Positions 28,409 through 37,118 of a stretch of 64,000 nt of DNA are shown here, piece by piece; within the stretch, counting starts at the first letter, position 1; every line of letters begins with the position of its first letter. The translations under genes and the position numbers were made by a program. Under the pieces are notes generated by a model. That model made no database searches. It was given only the letters and a program-made list of their open reading frames with translations, and had not been told where the DNA came from. Source of the stretch: Acutalibacteraceae bacterium (GTDB lineage: Bacteria; Bacillota; Clostridia; Oscillospirales; Acutalibacteraceae). The stretch lies in contig JAZLLP010000006.1 in NCBI GenBank assembly GCA_045598225.1, positions 22,230 to 86,229 of the forward strand. Reading direction: 5' to 3'.

Positions 28409-28948
28409 ATGAAAGGGCTATCAGAAATGGAAAAACAATTAATTGAGCAAAAATCGCAAGAAATAATCAATAAATATAATTCTGATTCATCTAATGTTGA
28501 CATTGTAAAAATTGCAAAACAAATGGGATTTGTTGTTGGTGATGCAGTACTGTCGGAAGATTATGACGGTTTTATTCTTGTTAATAATAGTATTAAAAAC
28601 CTGCGTTCGCAAAAAGGTGTTAAGTTAATAGGTGTTAATCCAAGACTAACTCCCGAGGAGAAGAATTTTGTAATTGCTCACGAACTTGGCCATTACATTT
28701 TAGATAATGGTGAAAATGAAAGTATTTTTGCTCATAGAGAACATAAAAAGGGAAAAGATGATAAAGAAAACGATATTGATTATTTTGCTGCAAATGTTTT
28801 GATGCCTAAAGAACTCTTCGAAAAAAGATATAGAGCACTTAAGCCTCTATACAATGGTAATAATGACGGTTTAGTAGAGGATTTAGCCCGTTACTTTATG
28901 GTTGAATGTGACTGTGTAAAACGTAGGGTTGGTGAAGTAATTGGATAA
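28409..28948 (+). CDS. ImmA/IrrE family (COG2856) zinc metalloprotease
   Basis: About 179 aa. HEXXH as IAHELGHYIL, with downstream E...DYFAANVLMP typical of this family. Confidence 0.8.
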   Translation: MKGLSEMEKQLIEQKSQEIINKYNSDSSNVDIVKIAKQMGFVVGDAVLSEDYDGFILVNNSIKNLRSQKGVKLIGVNPRLTPEEKNFVIAHELGHYILDNGENESIFAHREHKKGKDDKENDIDYFAANVLMPKELFEKRYRALKPLYNGNNDGLVEDLARYFMVECDCVKRRVGEVIG

Positions 28949-29462
28949 ATCTGCTAATACAGACAAATATGAGTCTATATATCAAGACCTTTGTGATACA
29001 CCAATTTTATCTTCATATGAAAATAAAATTCAATTATCAAATAAAGACCCTTTTCAAACACAAGAACAAGAATTAAGAGACCAATCTATTACAATATTAT
29101 TAAGGGAATATGTTTGCTTTTTTAAAGACAGAAAAGAAGAAAACAAACAAGGTCGCAAGGAAATAAAATATTTTTGTTTTTTATCTGTGATTCTTTTGCT
29201 CGTTATAATCTTTAGTATTGTATCTCTGACTATTATACATAATGTTAAAGATATTTCGGTAGTGGCCGTTATCATTTCTTCCATTATAGGACTGTTTGGT
29301 TCCATATTTGGACTTATTAAATATGTCGCTATGTATTCATTCCCTGTAGAAGATGAGAAATATGTAACAGATATCGTTAAAGCGATTCAAGAAAATGATT
29401 TTAAGCATAAACACGAAAACTTCAAAATCTCCCAAGCATTAAAAAAGGATAATCAAGATTAA
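28941..29462 (+). CDS. hypothetical 2-TM membrane protein, translationally coupled to the ImmA-like gene
   Basis: 173 aa. TTG start overlaps the last codons of the upstream gene (8-nt overlap). Two hydrophobic helices (FCFLSVILLLVIIFSIVSLTII and VVAVIISSIIGLFGSIFGLI). No other in-frame Met near the start. Confidence 0.55.
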   Translation: MDKSANTDKYESIYQDLCDTPILSSYENKIQLSNKDPFQTQEQELRDQSITILLREYVCFFKDRKEENKQGRKEIKYFCFLSVILLLVIIFSIVSLTIIHNVKDISVVAVIISSIIGLFGSIFGLIKYVAMYSFPVEDEKYVTDIVKAIQENDFKHKHENFKISQALKKDNQD

Positions 29463-29476
29463 ATTTCTAAATTCTG

Positions 29477-29513
29477 ATGAACTGTCTGTTAAAGCAGACG
29501 GTTCATCTTTTTG
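29477..29513 (+). terminator. intrinsic terminator
   Basis: GATGAACTGTCTG ... CAGACGGTTCATC followed by TTTTT. Confidence 0.75.
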
Positions 29514-29772
29514 ATATACCTATCATATCAGAAAAAGACTGTGTTATTATAAAAATAATACTATTTGTTTTTCAACAATCAATAAATATATAGCATTGCT
29601 ATAATAAAAACCAATTTTCATGCGATTATAGGATGATAAAAAATATTATTTTACTATTGACATAATGTGAGTTATTGTATAAAATGAAATTGTATATAAA
29701 ATTATTTAATTTTATATAAAATTGTTTTACAAGAATACTTTAACATCACGCCGTGTTTAAGGAAGTGACAGT

Positions 29773-29961
29773 GTGTCAAGAGCGAAAAAGGATGGAGAAG
29801 CTATAAGTTTTTACATGAGTAAAGATGTTGCAAATCTTCTTCGCCAATATGCAGATGAAAAAGGTCAGACCCTTACAACAGCAGTAGAGAGATTGATATT
29901 AAAACAAATCGAAGTTGAAAGAATGTCTGAGAAACCAGAAAAACAAAAAGAATTGTATTAA
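29773..29961 (+). CDS. ribbon-helix-helix (CopG/Arc-like) DNA-binding protein
   Basis: 62 aa, GTG start after AAGGAAG. ISFYMSKDVANLLRQYADEKGQTLTTAVERLI fits the beta-strand/helix/helix RHH pattern. It sits directly upstream of the recombinase genes. Confidence 0.6.
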   Translation: MSRAKKDGEAISFYMSKDVANLLRQYADEKGQTLTTAVERLILKQIEVERMSEKPEKQKELY

Positions 29962-30167
29962 AAATACTCAACAATTAAATATATACCGCCAAATAGGACG
30001 TGCAATTAACAATCAACAAACGCCTAAATGCGGATGCTTATGATAATCAATGATTATTATCTGACTAACTTTGATGACGATTCTCTATGCATCTAATTCA
30101 TCGTACGCAGCATTCCGTATTTGTGCGTTTGTTTTATTTGTTGTTGTATTGTTTTATGGAGGAATAT

Positions 30168-31487
30168 ATGATAAAGGTTTCAGAGGTACGATGCTACGAC
30201 GGTATAAGATATCATGTAACATTCGCAAACAATAAAAAAATAGAAACATCCAATACAATAAACTATCGTACTGCTATCGTAGACAAAGATAATAAAAAAT
30301 ACTACATTTTATATTCATCAAAAATGGTTCCAATAAGTCCTGTCTTTGATTATATCAATTATAATATCGCAGATGCTTCCGATAATACAAAAGAAAAAAC
30401 ATTGTCAGCATTGCGATTTCTATATTCATTTTCAGAAATGATAGGCAAAGGAATAGACAAGTTTGTGCCAATGGATGTAATCGATTTAAGACGCTTTTTA
30501 TTAGGATATAACTATACTGGAACATCAATTTGTTTTGAGAATTTAACGGAGCGTTCCAACAAAACAATTAATGGCTATTTCAGTATTTACAGAAGCTATT
30601 TGAATTTTCTCAATGTAAAAGATTCTCCTTTTTTCAATAGCAAAAAGTCTTATCGTGTAATCGATTCGATAAGAAAAGAAACAGTTAAGTATGATTATAA
30701 CGTTAATATGTCTGCAGCATCCATTGAAGTGCCGGATTATGTATCAGTTAAAGATTTCAAAAAGATGTTAGATGATGTAAGAAAAAGACATCAAATTCGT
30801 GACGAATGTATTATTCGGTTAATGTATGAAAGCGGGTTGAGAATAGGTGAGGTCTTGGGGTTAACTAACGAAGACGTAGTAATACAAAACTATACCCCTA
30901 TCGTATTAATACGCAACAGGATTACCGATAAACCATATCAAAAAGCAAAGACCTGCATGGAAATAAAAAGACAATCCGACTACAAAAAGGCGATGAAGTA
31001 TATTGATTCAGGATATCAAATTGTGACAATATCCCAAGAACTATATGAACTTATCGGTAAGTATATAGATGAAGAACATTCAAAGCAAAGAATCGAACAC
31101 AAGCAAAACTATCAAAGTACAGCTATTACGGATTCAATAGATTCAGATGACGAAAATTTTTATATTTTTCTTAATGGCCTTGGCAAACCATTATCTCAAC
31201 GCATATGGAATATACAAATGCGTGAAATATTTAATAACATCGGTTTAGTTGTCGACAAAGGAAAGAAAGAACATAATCTCAATCATAGATTGAGACATGG
31301 CTTTGCGATGTTTAATGTGAAATATATGAAGAAACAACCATTGGAATTAAAACTACTATTACGCCATAAATCGCTTGCATCGGTTTCATGTTATTATAAA
31401 CCAACAAGAGAGGACCAGATTCAATTAAAAGGTGATTTCATAAAAAGTTTATACGACGTGATTCTGGAGCTGAAAGGGGAAGAGTAG
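30168..31487 (+). CDS. tyrosine recombinase A of trio
   Basis: Start moved to MIKVSEVRCYDG (RBS GGAGG). Catalytic pattern GLRIGE (Arg), HRLRHG (His-x-x-Arg-His), LLRHKSLASVSCYY (His...Tyr). Confidence 0.85.
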   Translation: MIKVSEVRCYDGIRYHVTFANNKKIETSNTINYRTAIVDKDNKKYYILYSSKMVPISPVFDYINYNIADASDNTKEKTLSALRFLYSFSEMIGKGIDKFVPMDVIDLRRFLLGYNYTGTSICFENLTERSNKTINGYFSIYRSYLNFLNVKDSPFFNSKKSYRVIDSIRKETVKYDYNVNMSAASIEVPDYVSVKDFKKMLDDVRKRHQIRDECIIRLMYESGLRIGEVLGLTNEDVVIQNYTPIVLIRNRITDKPYQKAKTCMEIKRQSDYKKAMKYIDSGYQIVTISQELYELIGKYIDEEHSKQRIEHKQNYQSTAITDSIDSDDENFYIFLNGLGKPLSQRIWNIQMREIFNNIGLVVDKGKKEHNLNHRLRHGFAMFNVKYMKKQPLELKLLLRHKSLASVSCYYKPTREDQIQLKGDFIKSLYDVILELKGEE

Positions 31488-34133
31488 ATGCCGAGAAAAG
31501 GTGCCGTAATAAAACTTGATTATAAAGATTTTAAGGATGAACAAATCGCTTCTGTCGTTGAAGAAATTCTTGTGAGTTCAGACAAGGTAATTAGAACCAG
31601 GGGCGTGAGTGCGAACAATCAAGCTAAAAAAATAATAATTAATGTTTGTAAAAATGCTTTAAGCGAGCTTTCAGTAAATGATTTTACAAGTGAAAATATT
31701 GCCAATCTTTTTAAAAACAAAACAACTAAAGAATGTCTTTACATACAAAGAGTACTTATCTCTTTACTGAAAAAGAAAATTATACCCGATGAAAATCTTT
31801 ATAAAATATTACCGTTTAAAAAAAGACTTTTAAAAATTTTCTACCAAAGCGATATTCCTATTATTTTATCAGCTCCGTATTATGATTTTCTGGTAATAAA
31901 TGATGTTTGTTTATTTGAAAATTTGTTCTTTTTTCAACCAGAATTAAAGGGAATTACACCGGGGTGGTTGAAAAATATTCTAATCGATTACGCTGAATAC
32001 TTGCGTGTGAATCAGCAGGGGACTCCGAAAAGCAACTATGCTTTGCTGACAAAAATGCAACGAATAATAACCGATTTATTCACTGAAATAAAAGATATTA
32101 ACGATATCAACAGAGATTGGCTTTTCAAATCTTTGACAGATTTCTCGTATATAAGTGGCGGAATGAAAATAGTTAATGACTTGTTGATAAAAATATCCGA
32201 AAAACAAAAAATAAAAGATAAATGGATATTAAAAATCCTTGCAGAACAACCTTATGTAACTGGTAATTATCAAGTATCTGAGTACCTTAAAATATTAGCT
32301 TGCGAAAACCCTGACTGTTTTTCCGTGAAAGAAAGTAAAAACAACGGATTTTCGGGTCTCTATATTGATGCTCCATACAATTCGGATTTATTTGTTACGC
32401 TAACTGAATATTTTGATTGTTCTGTATATCAATGCAAAGAATTCACCGATATAATGGGTAACTTTTATAAATCTTTGAATGATGATTCTATTTATTCGGC
32501 AGACGATATATCTTACAAATCTTTAGAGAGTTGTTCAAAATTCTTTTTATCTCGTAAAGGCAACCGCAATTCATATAGTACAATACTTGCAAATATTTTT
32601 TCGTTTTTTTACTTTGAGAAAAGATATAATATTTTCTCCCGCGATAAAATTAATCCCGAAATAATAACAAAACCCGGCATTATTAAATATATTGTTGATG
32701 GATATTGTGCTATAAAATACAATCCCTTTGAAGATGTGCCGATTTACGATAAATGGATTCTGATATTTGACCTCAATATTGAATCGCAAACAGTAATCAA
32801 GCCTGCAAATATTGAATTATTTGATTTTACAAAAATAAAGAATAAAACACTAAAAAATGCCTGTAAATTCTATATCTGGAAGGCTAACAGTACTATTAGC
32901 ACAAAGGCCGTGAGATTTTCACAATATATCGAATTTTTAAATTATATAAATGATTTGCAAACAGGCGGAGAGATATCTATATATTATTCTTCGAACCAAT
33001 CAACCGATAATGTGATTACCGCAACAGAAATAATGTCATATGATTTTTGGGTAAAAACACAGCATAAAACCGAATATTCTGCTAATCAAGTAAAAAGTAA
33101 TGTATTCGCATTCTTGCATTTTTTAGATGAAAATAAAGTGTTAAATGTTGATGAATGGGCATGGCAGTTTATTAAAGTGCAAAATCCCAAAAGTGGTAAC
33201 CCAAAATCAATTCCGGACAATGAATTGCAATTACTCAGCAAAATACTCAAAGAACGCGGTGAAAACAATATACGAGACAAAATCATATATTATATTTTTT
33301 GGATGTTAATTAATACTGAATTCAGACTTACAACCGTCCTTAATTTGAAAAGAGATTGCATACAAGAAGAAATAAAATCCGGACAATATTCGATAAAAAC
33401 AAAAGTTAAAACAAGTAAAAACGAATATGTTACCATACCAATATCAATTGAGGTAAAAAAACATGTTGACGAGATGATAAAAATAACCGAGCCCTTAAGC
33501 CAATCTCTTCGAGGAACCTTAAAGGGAAATTTTTTGTGTCTAATTCCCTGTAAAGGAACTAAAAAAGCCCATGTTCTTTCTAATGAAATATTCAGAAAGC
33601 ACATTGAATCAGCTTGCAAAGAGGCAAACATTTCTAAATATTCTGCAGCAAACATAAGAGACACCCATATGACAAAAGCCGAGCAATACAAAATACGAAA
33701 ACATCTTACTGATGCAGAACAAAACACGTTAACAGGACACCGTTCTTCTTATACAACAGATAAATTTTATGTTGACATGCCTATTGATGATTTGCTATCC
33801 GCTACATATGGAGTGATTATAGGAAATGTTGATATTGCGGGTAATATTGTTTCCGAAGCCTCTCCGGTAGTATCAGTAAAAAACGAAGTGTCTAATAATT
33901 GTGGATACTGTTCCGCCCATAGTTGTAATGAGTTTTCATATTTGGACTGTCTTATGTGTAAAAACTTTGTCACAACACCGTCCAGAATTGTTTTCTTTGA
34001 GGACCAAATAAAAATAATTGACGAAAAAATATTAAAAACATCCATTCCCCATGATAAGGAAGACCTTGTAAACATTAAACGATTACTGGTTTCATACAAA
34101 GAAAAAATCATTCAATTTAAGGAGACTAATTGA
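31488..34133 (+). CDS. tyrosine recombinase B of trio (881 aa, long N-terminal extension, C-terminal Cys cluster)
   Basis: TAGATG junction with the upstream gene. EFRLTTVLNLKRDC (Arg), NIRDTHMT, LTGHRSSYTTDKFY (His...Tyr). Cys cluster CGYCSAHSCNEFSYLDCLMC. Confidence 0.8.
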   Translation: MPRKGAVIKLDYKDFKDEQIASVVEEILVSSDKVIRTRGVSANNQAKKIIINVCKNALSELSVNDFTSENIANLFKNKTTKECLYIQRVLISLLKKKIIPDENLYKILPFKKRLLKIFYQSDIPIILSAPYYDFLVINDVCLFENLFFFQPELKGITPGWLKNILIDYAEYLRVNQQGTPKSNYALLTKMQRIITDLFTEIKDINDINRDWLFKSLTDFSYISGGMKIVNDLLIKISEKQKIKDKWILKILAEQPYVTGNYQVSEYLKILACENPDCFSVKESKNNGFSGLYIDAPYNSDLFVTLTEYFDCSVYQCKEFTDIMGNFYKSLNDDSIYSADDISYKSLESCSKFFLSRKGNRNSYSTILANIFSFFYFEKRYNIFSRDKINPEIITKPGIIKYIVDGYCAIKYNPFEDVPIYDKWILIFDLNIESQTVIKPANIELFDFTKIKNKTLKNACKFYIWKANSTISTKAVRFSQYIEFLNYINDLQTGGEISIYYSSNQSTDNVITATEIMSYDFWVKTQHKTEYSANQVKSNVFAFLHFLDENKVLNVDEWAWQFIKVQNPKSGNPKSIPDNELQLLSKILKERGENNIRDKIIYYIFWMLINTEFRLTTVLNLKRDCIQEEIKSGQYSIKTKVKTSKNEYVTIPISIEVKKHVDEMIKITEPLSQSLRGTLKGNFLCLIPCKGTKKAHVLSNEIFRKHIESACKEANISKYSAANIRDTHMTKAEQYKIRKHLTDAEQNTLTGHRSSYTTDKFYVDMPIDDLLSATYGVIIGNVDIAGNIVSEASPVVSVKNEVSNNCGYCSAHSCNEFSYLDCLMCKNFVTTPSRIVFFEDQIKIIDEKILKTSIPHDKEDLVNIKRLLVSYKEKIIQFKETN

Positions 34134-34134
34134 T

Positions 34135-35943
34135 ATGGGTATCGAAAATGCTAAATATATACATGAGTTGGATTTAGAATACACTCCTTCATTTCAAGGA
34201 AATATTTTCAACCAAGATAACGGATTATTAGCTACGATAAAAAAGTCCAATATTCTACCCTTTAAAGAGAAAAAAATATATTATTCGGATGATGTTTGGT
34301 ATTTGGGTGAATCAAATTATGCAAATACATCATTGCTTTTTACGAAGTGTCCCGACGTTTTTCGAGATGTCCTGAAAGATTATACCATTATCACGTTTAT
34401 TCAAACAGATATCAGATTAATAACATTAAAAAATCATGTCAGTGTGTTGTCACGCTTTTTTACTTTTCTATATGAAGACAATATAATTGATATTCAAACT
34501 ATGTCTATAAGTGATGTAAAAATTATTTTAAATAAATGGGAATATTCTGATTCGTTGTGTATGAACTTCATTTATTGTTTTAAAAATTTTCTATCATTTT
34601 ACAATACATTTATTCGTAAATATTTCGGTGATGAGTGGTTTGCGTTTTTGAACGAACAAAATTATGTTAAAAATTCCCAAAAGACCCCCAATATTCCTGA
34701 CGAGTATTTTAATAAATTAATATTAAAAACTATGAACATCGCTCGTGATAAAACCGCAGATACTTTAAATCGAGGGATTGCTTGCATGATACTGATTTTA
34801 TCACAGACAGGAATAAGGGTGGGAGAATTGGTTGAATTGAAAATAAATTCGCTTAAAGAAAAAGAAATAAGTAGTGGTCAAACAACAAGCTTTTTAATTT
34901 ATGAAACCACAAAAAGAACTCATGGTAATAGTTCTCCTGAAAAAGTAATTACATACGCAAATGAAATTGTTGTGTTCGCATACAAAACACTTGTAGAATT
35001 GTATGATGAATTGAGAAAACAGCACAAGTCAGAGTATTTGTTCCCTGAGGTCGCCTCGGTTTTTAACAAGGTGGATGTAGGCCGTTTTTATTGTTTGCTT
35101 GATGATTTCTTTTACTCGTTAAATAGTGATGATTTCCGTACGGTTTATTACACCAAAATTGAGAACCCGCCGCAACCTCTTCACAAGAAAGGTAGGGGAA
35201 AAGATGTAATATATATATCTCGTCCTAATTGTCATCAGTTCAGGGTTCATGCGTGTACGGAATTATATAATAAGGGTGTTCCGATAGAATATATCCAACG
35301 ATATATGTCTCATTTGACTTCGGAAACCACATCAGCATATATTAGACCACAAAACACCCCACAAGAAGATATGGCCGCGTCAATAGAAATTCTCAAAGGC
35401 ATTGTTAATGGTGACCTAACACCTATCGGAACTGATAAAAAACGATTGATAAACGGAATTCAGCAATTTATTAATGACAACCATTTCAACATTGAAAAAG
35501 ATATGGACGCCATAGTAAATAAGCTTAGTGAAAAAATACCAATAAGAATTAAGGCCGGTGGTGCTTGTATTAAATCTTCTCTTTTCCGCGAATGTTCTGT
35601 CGATGCCAAAACGAATGAATTTTACTGTGCGTACGGGGTTTGTCCTAACTTATTCACATTTTATTATACCATTGATGTGACATATGAAAAGTGTAAAACA
35701 CTACAAGATGCAATAATAATAAATGAGAATCGTGGCTGTGAAAAGCAAGTTCAGAAAAATAAAAACATGCTAAAAACCATAGCTCAAAAACAATTATTAC
35801 CCGAATTAGAAGAATTGAAACGACTTCTGGATGAAAAAGGAAGAGACTGGATTTTAGAAAAACATCCGGAATTATTTTATATTCTAAATAATTATTCTAC
35901 CATCATTAAGGAGGCAAGCGAATGGATATCGAATTATGCGTAA
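34135..35943 (+). CDS. tyrosine recombinase C of trio (602 aa, C-terminal Cys cluster)
   Basis: RBS AAGGAG, start 1 nt after the upstream stop. TGIRVGELVEL (Arg), HQFRVHACT (His-x-x-Arg-x-His), MSHLTSETTSAYI (His...Tyr). GGACIKSSLFRECS...FYCAYGVC. Confidence 0.8.
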   Translation: MGIENAKYIHELDLEYTPSFQGNIFNQDNGLLATIKKSNILPFKEKKIYYSDDVWYLGESNYANTSLLFTKCPDVFRDVLKDYTIITFIQTDIRLITLKNHVSVLSRFFTFLYEDNIIDIQTMSISDVKIILNKWEYSDSLCMNFIYCFKNFLSFYNTFIRKYFGDEWFAFLNEQNYVKNSQKTPNIPDEYFNKLILKTMNIARDKTADTLNRGIACMILILSQTGIRVGELVELKINSLKEKEISSGQTTSFLIYETTKRTHGNSSPEKVITYANEIVVFAYKTLVELYDELRKQHKSEYLFPEVASVFNKVDVGRFYCLLDDFFYSLNSDDFRTVYYTKIENPPQPLHKKGRGKDVIYISRPNCHQFRVHACTELYNKGVPIEYIQRYMSHLTSETTSAYIRPQNTPQEDMAASIEILKGIVNGDLTPIGTDKKRLINGIQQFINDNHFNIEKDMDAIVNKLSEKIPIRIKAGGACIKSSLFRECSVDAKTNEFYCAYGVCPNLFTFYYTIDVTYEKCKTLQDAIIINENRGCEKQVQKNKNMLKTIAQKQLLPELEELKRLLDEKGRDWILEKHPELFYILNNYSTIIKEASEWISNYA

Positions 35944-36449
35944 TCGAAACAGTTGAGGCTTTAGATGAAAATTATGAATTACTTCCGGAAAATGTGAAAA
36001 AACAATTAAAATCAATAGAAGAAATAATCTCAGGCAAGGAAAGTCTTCTTGGTCAATGTAAGGATAATCTCAAACAATCAGATTTTTCAATTAAATCGAT
36101 TTCAAAAGAATTAGGCTGTTCGCGTACAACATTATACAATACACCGTTATTCAAAAAATATATCGAATACCGCAGCGAAGTACTGGAAAATAATAACCCG
36201 ATTCAACAAGTGAAGATATCGCAGAATAAAATAAAAGAGTTAAATGATGTCATAAAACAGATGGAATTGCGTGATGTCGAAATTGAAAACCTAAAGCACG
36301 AGATTAAAATACTTAATAACAAACTTAAAGAAGCGACCGAAGTTAATGAAAATTTGAGAATATCCGTCAATGAATATAAAGCACAACTCAGTAAAGATTC
36401 TGAAAAATCTCATAAAAATACATGCTTATTTTATCCAAAAAATAAGTGA
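35922..36449 (+). CDS. HTH plus coiled-coil accessory protein (TnpC-like by position)
   Basis: 175 aa, RBS AAGGAGG, overlapping recombinase C by 22 nt. ISKELGCSRTTLYN HTH-like segment, then a heptad-rich coiled coil. Confidence 0.65.
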   Translation: MDIELCVIETVEALDENYELLPENVKKQLKSIEEIISGKESLLGQCKDNLKQSDFSIKSISKELGCSRTTLYNTPLFKKYIEYRSEVLENNNPIQQVKISQNKIKELNDVIKQMELRDVEIENLKHEIKILNNKLKEATEVNENLRISVNEYKAQLSKDSEKSHKNTCLFYPKNK

Positions 36450-36566
36450 ACACTTTTTAAAAATACATACTTAATTTGTACGCTTTTATTTTTAAATTAA
36501 GTTCATTTCGCCCAAAAACAATAAAAGTTAAATAATGTCAGTATTTATGCAGTTTCGCAGCGTTTG

Positions 36567-36589
36567 GACACTTTTAAAATGTTCCATAA
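36567..36589. repeat. right terminal inverted repeat
   Basis: GACACTTTTAAAATGTTCCATAA; its reverse complement matches 25851-25873 at 19 of 23 positions. Confidence 0.8.
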
Positions 36590-36595
36590 TACAAC
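36590..36595. repeat. right copy of flanking direct repeat TACAAC
   Basis: Identical to 25845-25850. In the rejoined gene one copy encodes the Tyr-Asn codons before RCHLIG. Confidence 0.75.
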
Positions 36596-37114
36596 CGCTG
36601 TCACCTTATAGGCTACCAACTTTCGGGCGAAAACGCAAACGAAAAAAATCTTATTACCGGCACAAGATATATGAACGTTGACGGTATGCTTCCTTTTGAA
36701 AATATGGTTGCCGATTATGTAAAAGAAACGGATAATCACGTTATGTACCGTGTAACACCCGTGTTTGACGGGTACAATCTTCTTGCTTCGGGCGTTCTTA
36801 TGGAAGCGTATTCGGTTGAAGATGACGGTGACGGCGTTCTTTTCTGCGTTTTTTGCTACAACGTTCAACCGGGTGTAAAAATAGATTATAAAACCGGTGA
36901 AAATGCAATTGACGGTAATTCATTAACCACCGCAAATGACAGTTCATCTTATAAAAACAGCTCATATATTCTTAACACAAAATCAAAAAAAATACATAAA
37001 CCGACTTGTTCTTCCGTAAATACAATAAATGAAGAAAACAAAGAAGAGTACAAAGGAAACATAGGCAATTTGCTCAATAAAGGTTACTCAAAATGCGGAA
37101 GTTGTTTTAAGTGA
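36596..37114 (+). pseudogene. 3' part of the disrupted EndA-like nuclease gene
   Basis: The frame is open from 36596: RCHLIGYQLSGENANEKNLITGTRYMNVDGMLPFENMVADYVKE... The track ORF begins only at the internal Met at 36671. C-terminal tail YILNTKSKKIHKPTCSSV...GYSKCGSC. Confidence 0.85.
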
Positions 37115-37118
37115 GGTC

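Larger units (their letters stand above)
25851..36589 (+). mobile_element. 10,739-bp integrated element with a tyrosine-recombinase trio (Tn554/RIT-like but not matching either)
   Basis: It interrupts one reconstructable ORF and is bounded by 19/23-matching terminal inverted repeats plus a 6-7 bp direct repeat. It carries three tandem tyrosine recombinases and is visibly more AT-rich than the flanks. Confidence 0.85.

Noticed and set aside
30087-30167. Upstream extension of recombinase A (MHLIHRTQHSVFVRLFYLLLYCFMEEY...).
   Set aside because: There is no RBS at 30087, whereas GGAGG sits 6 nt before the ATG at 30168. The extension is hydrophobic junk.
36534-36548. 13-nt identity AATGTCAGTATTT between the element right end and the dnaA-dnaN spacer (57324-57336).
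   Set aside because: Exact 13-mers shared by chance are expected many times in 64 kb of AT-rich DNA, and the match does not extend.
36545-36868. 107-aa minus-strand ORF across the right element junction.
   Set aside because: It lies antisense to the 3' nuclease fragment, crosses the element boundary, and has no RBS.
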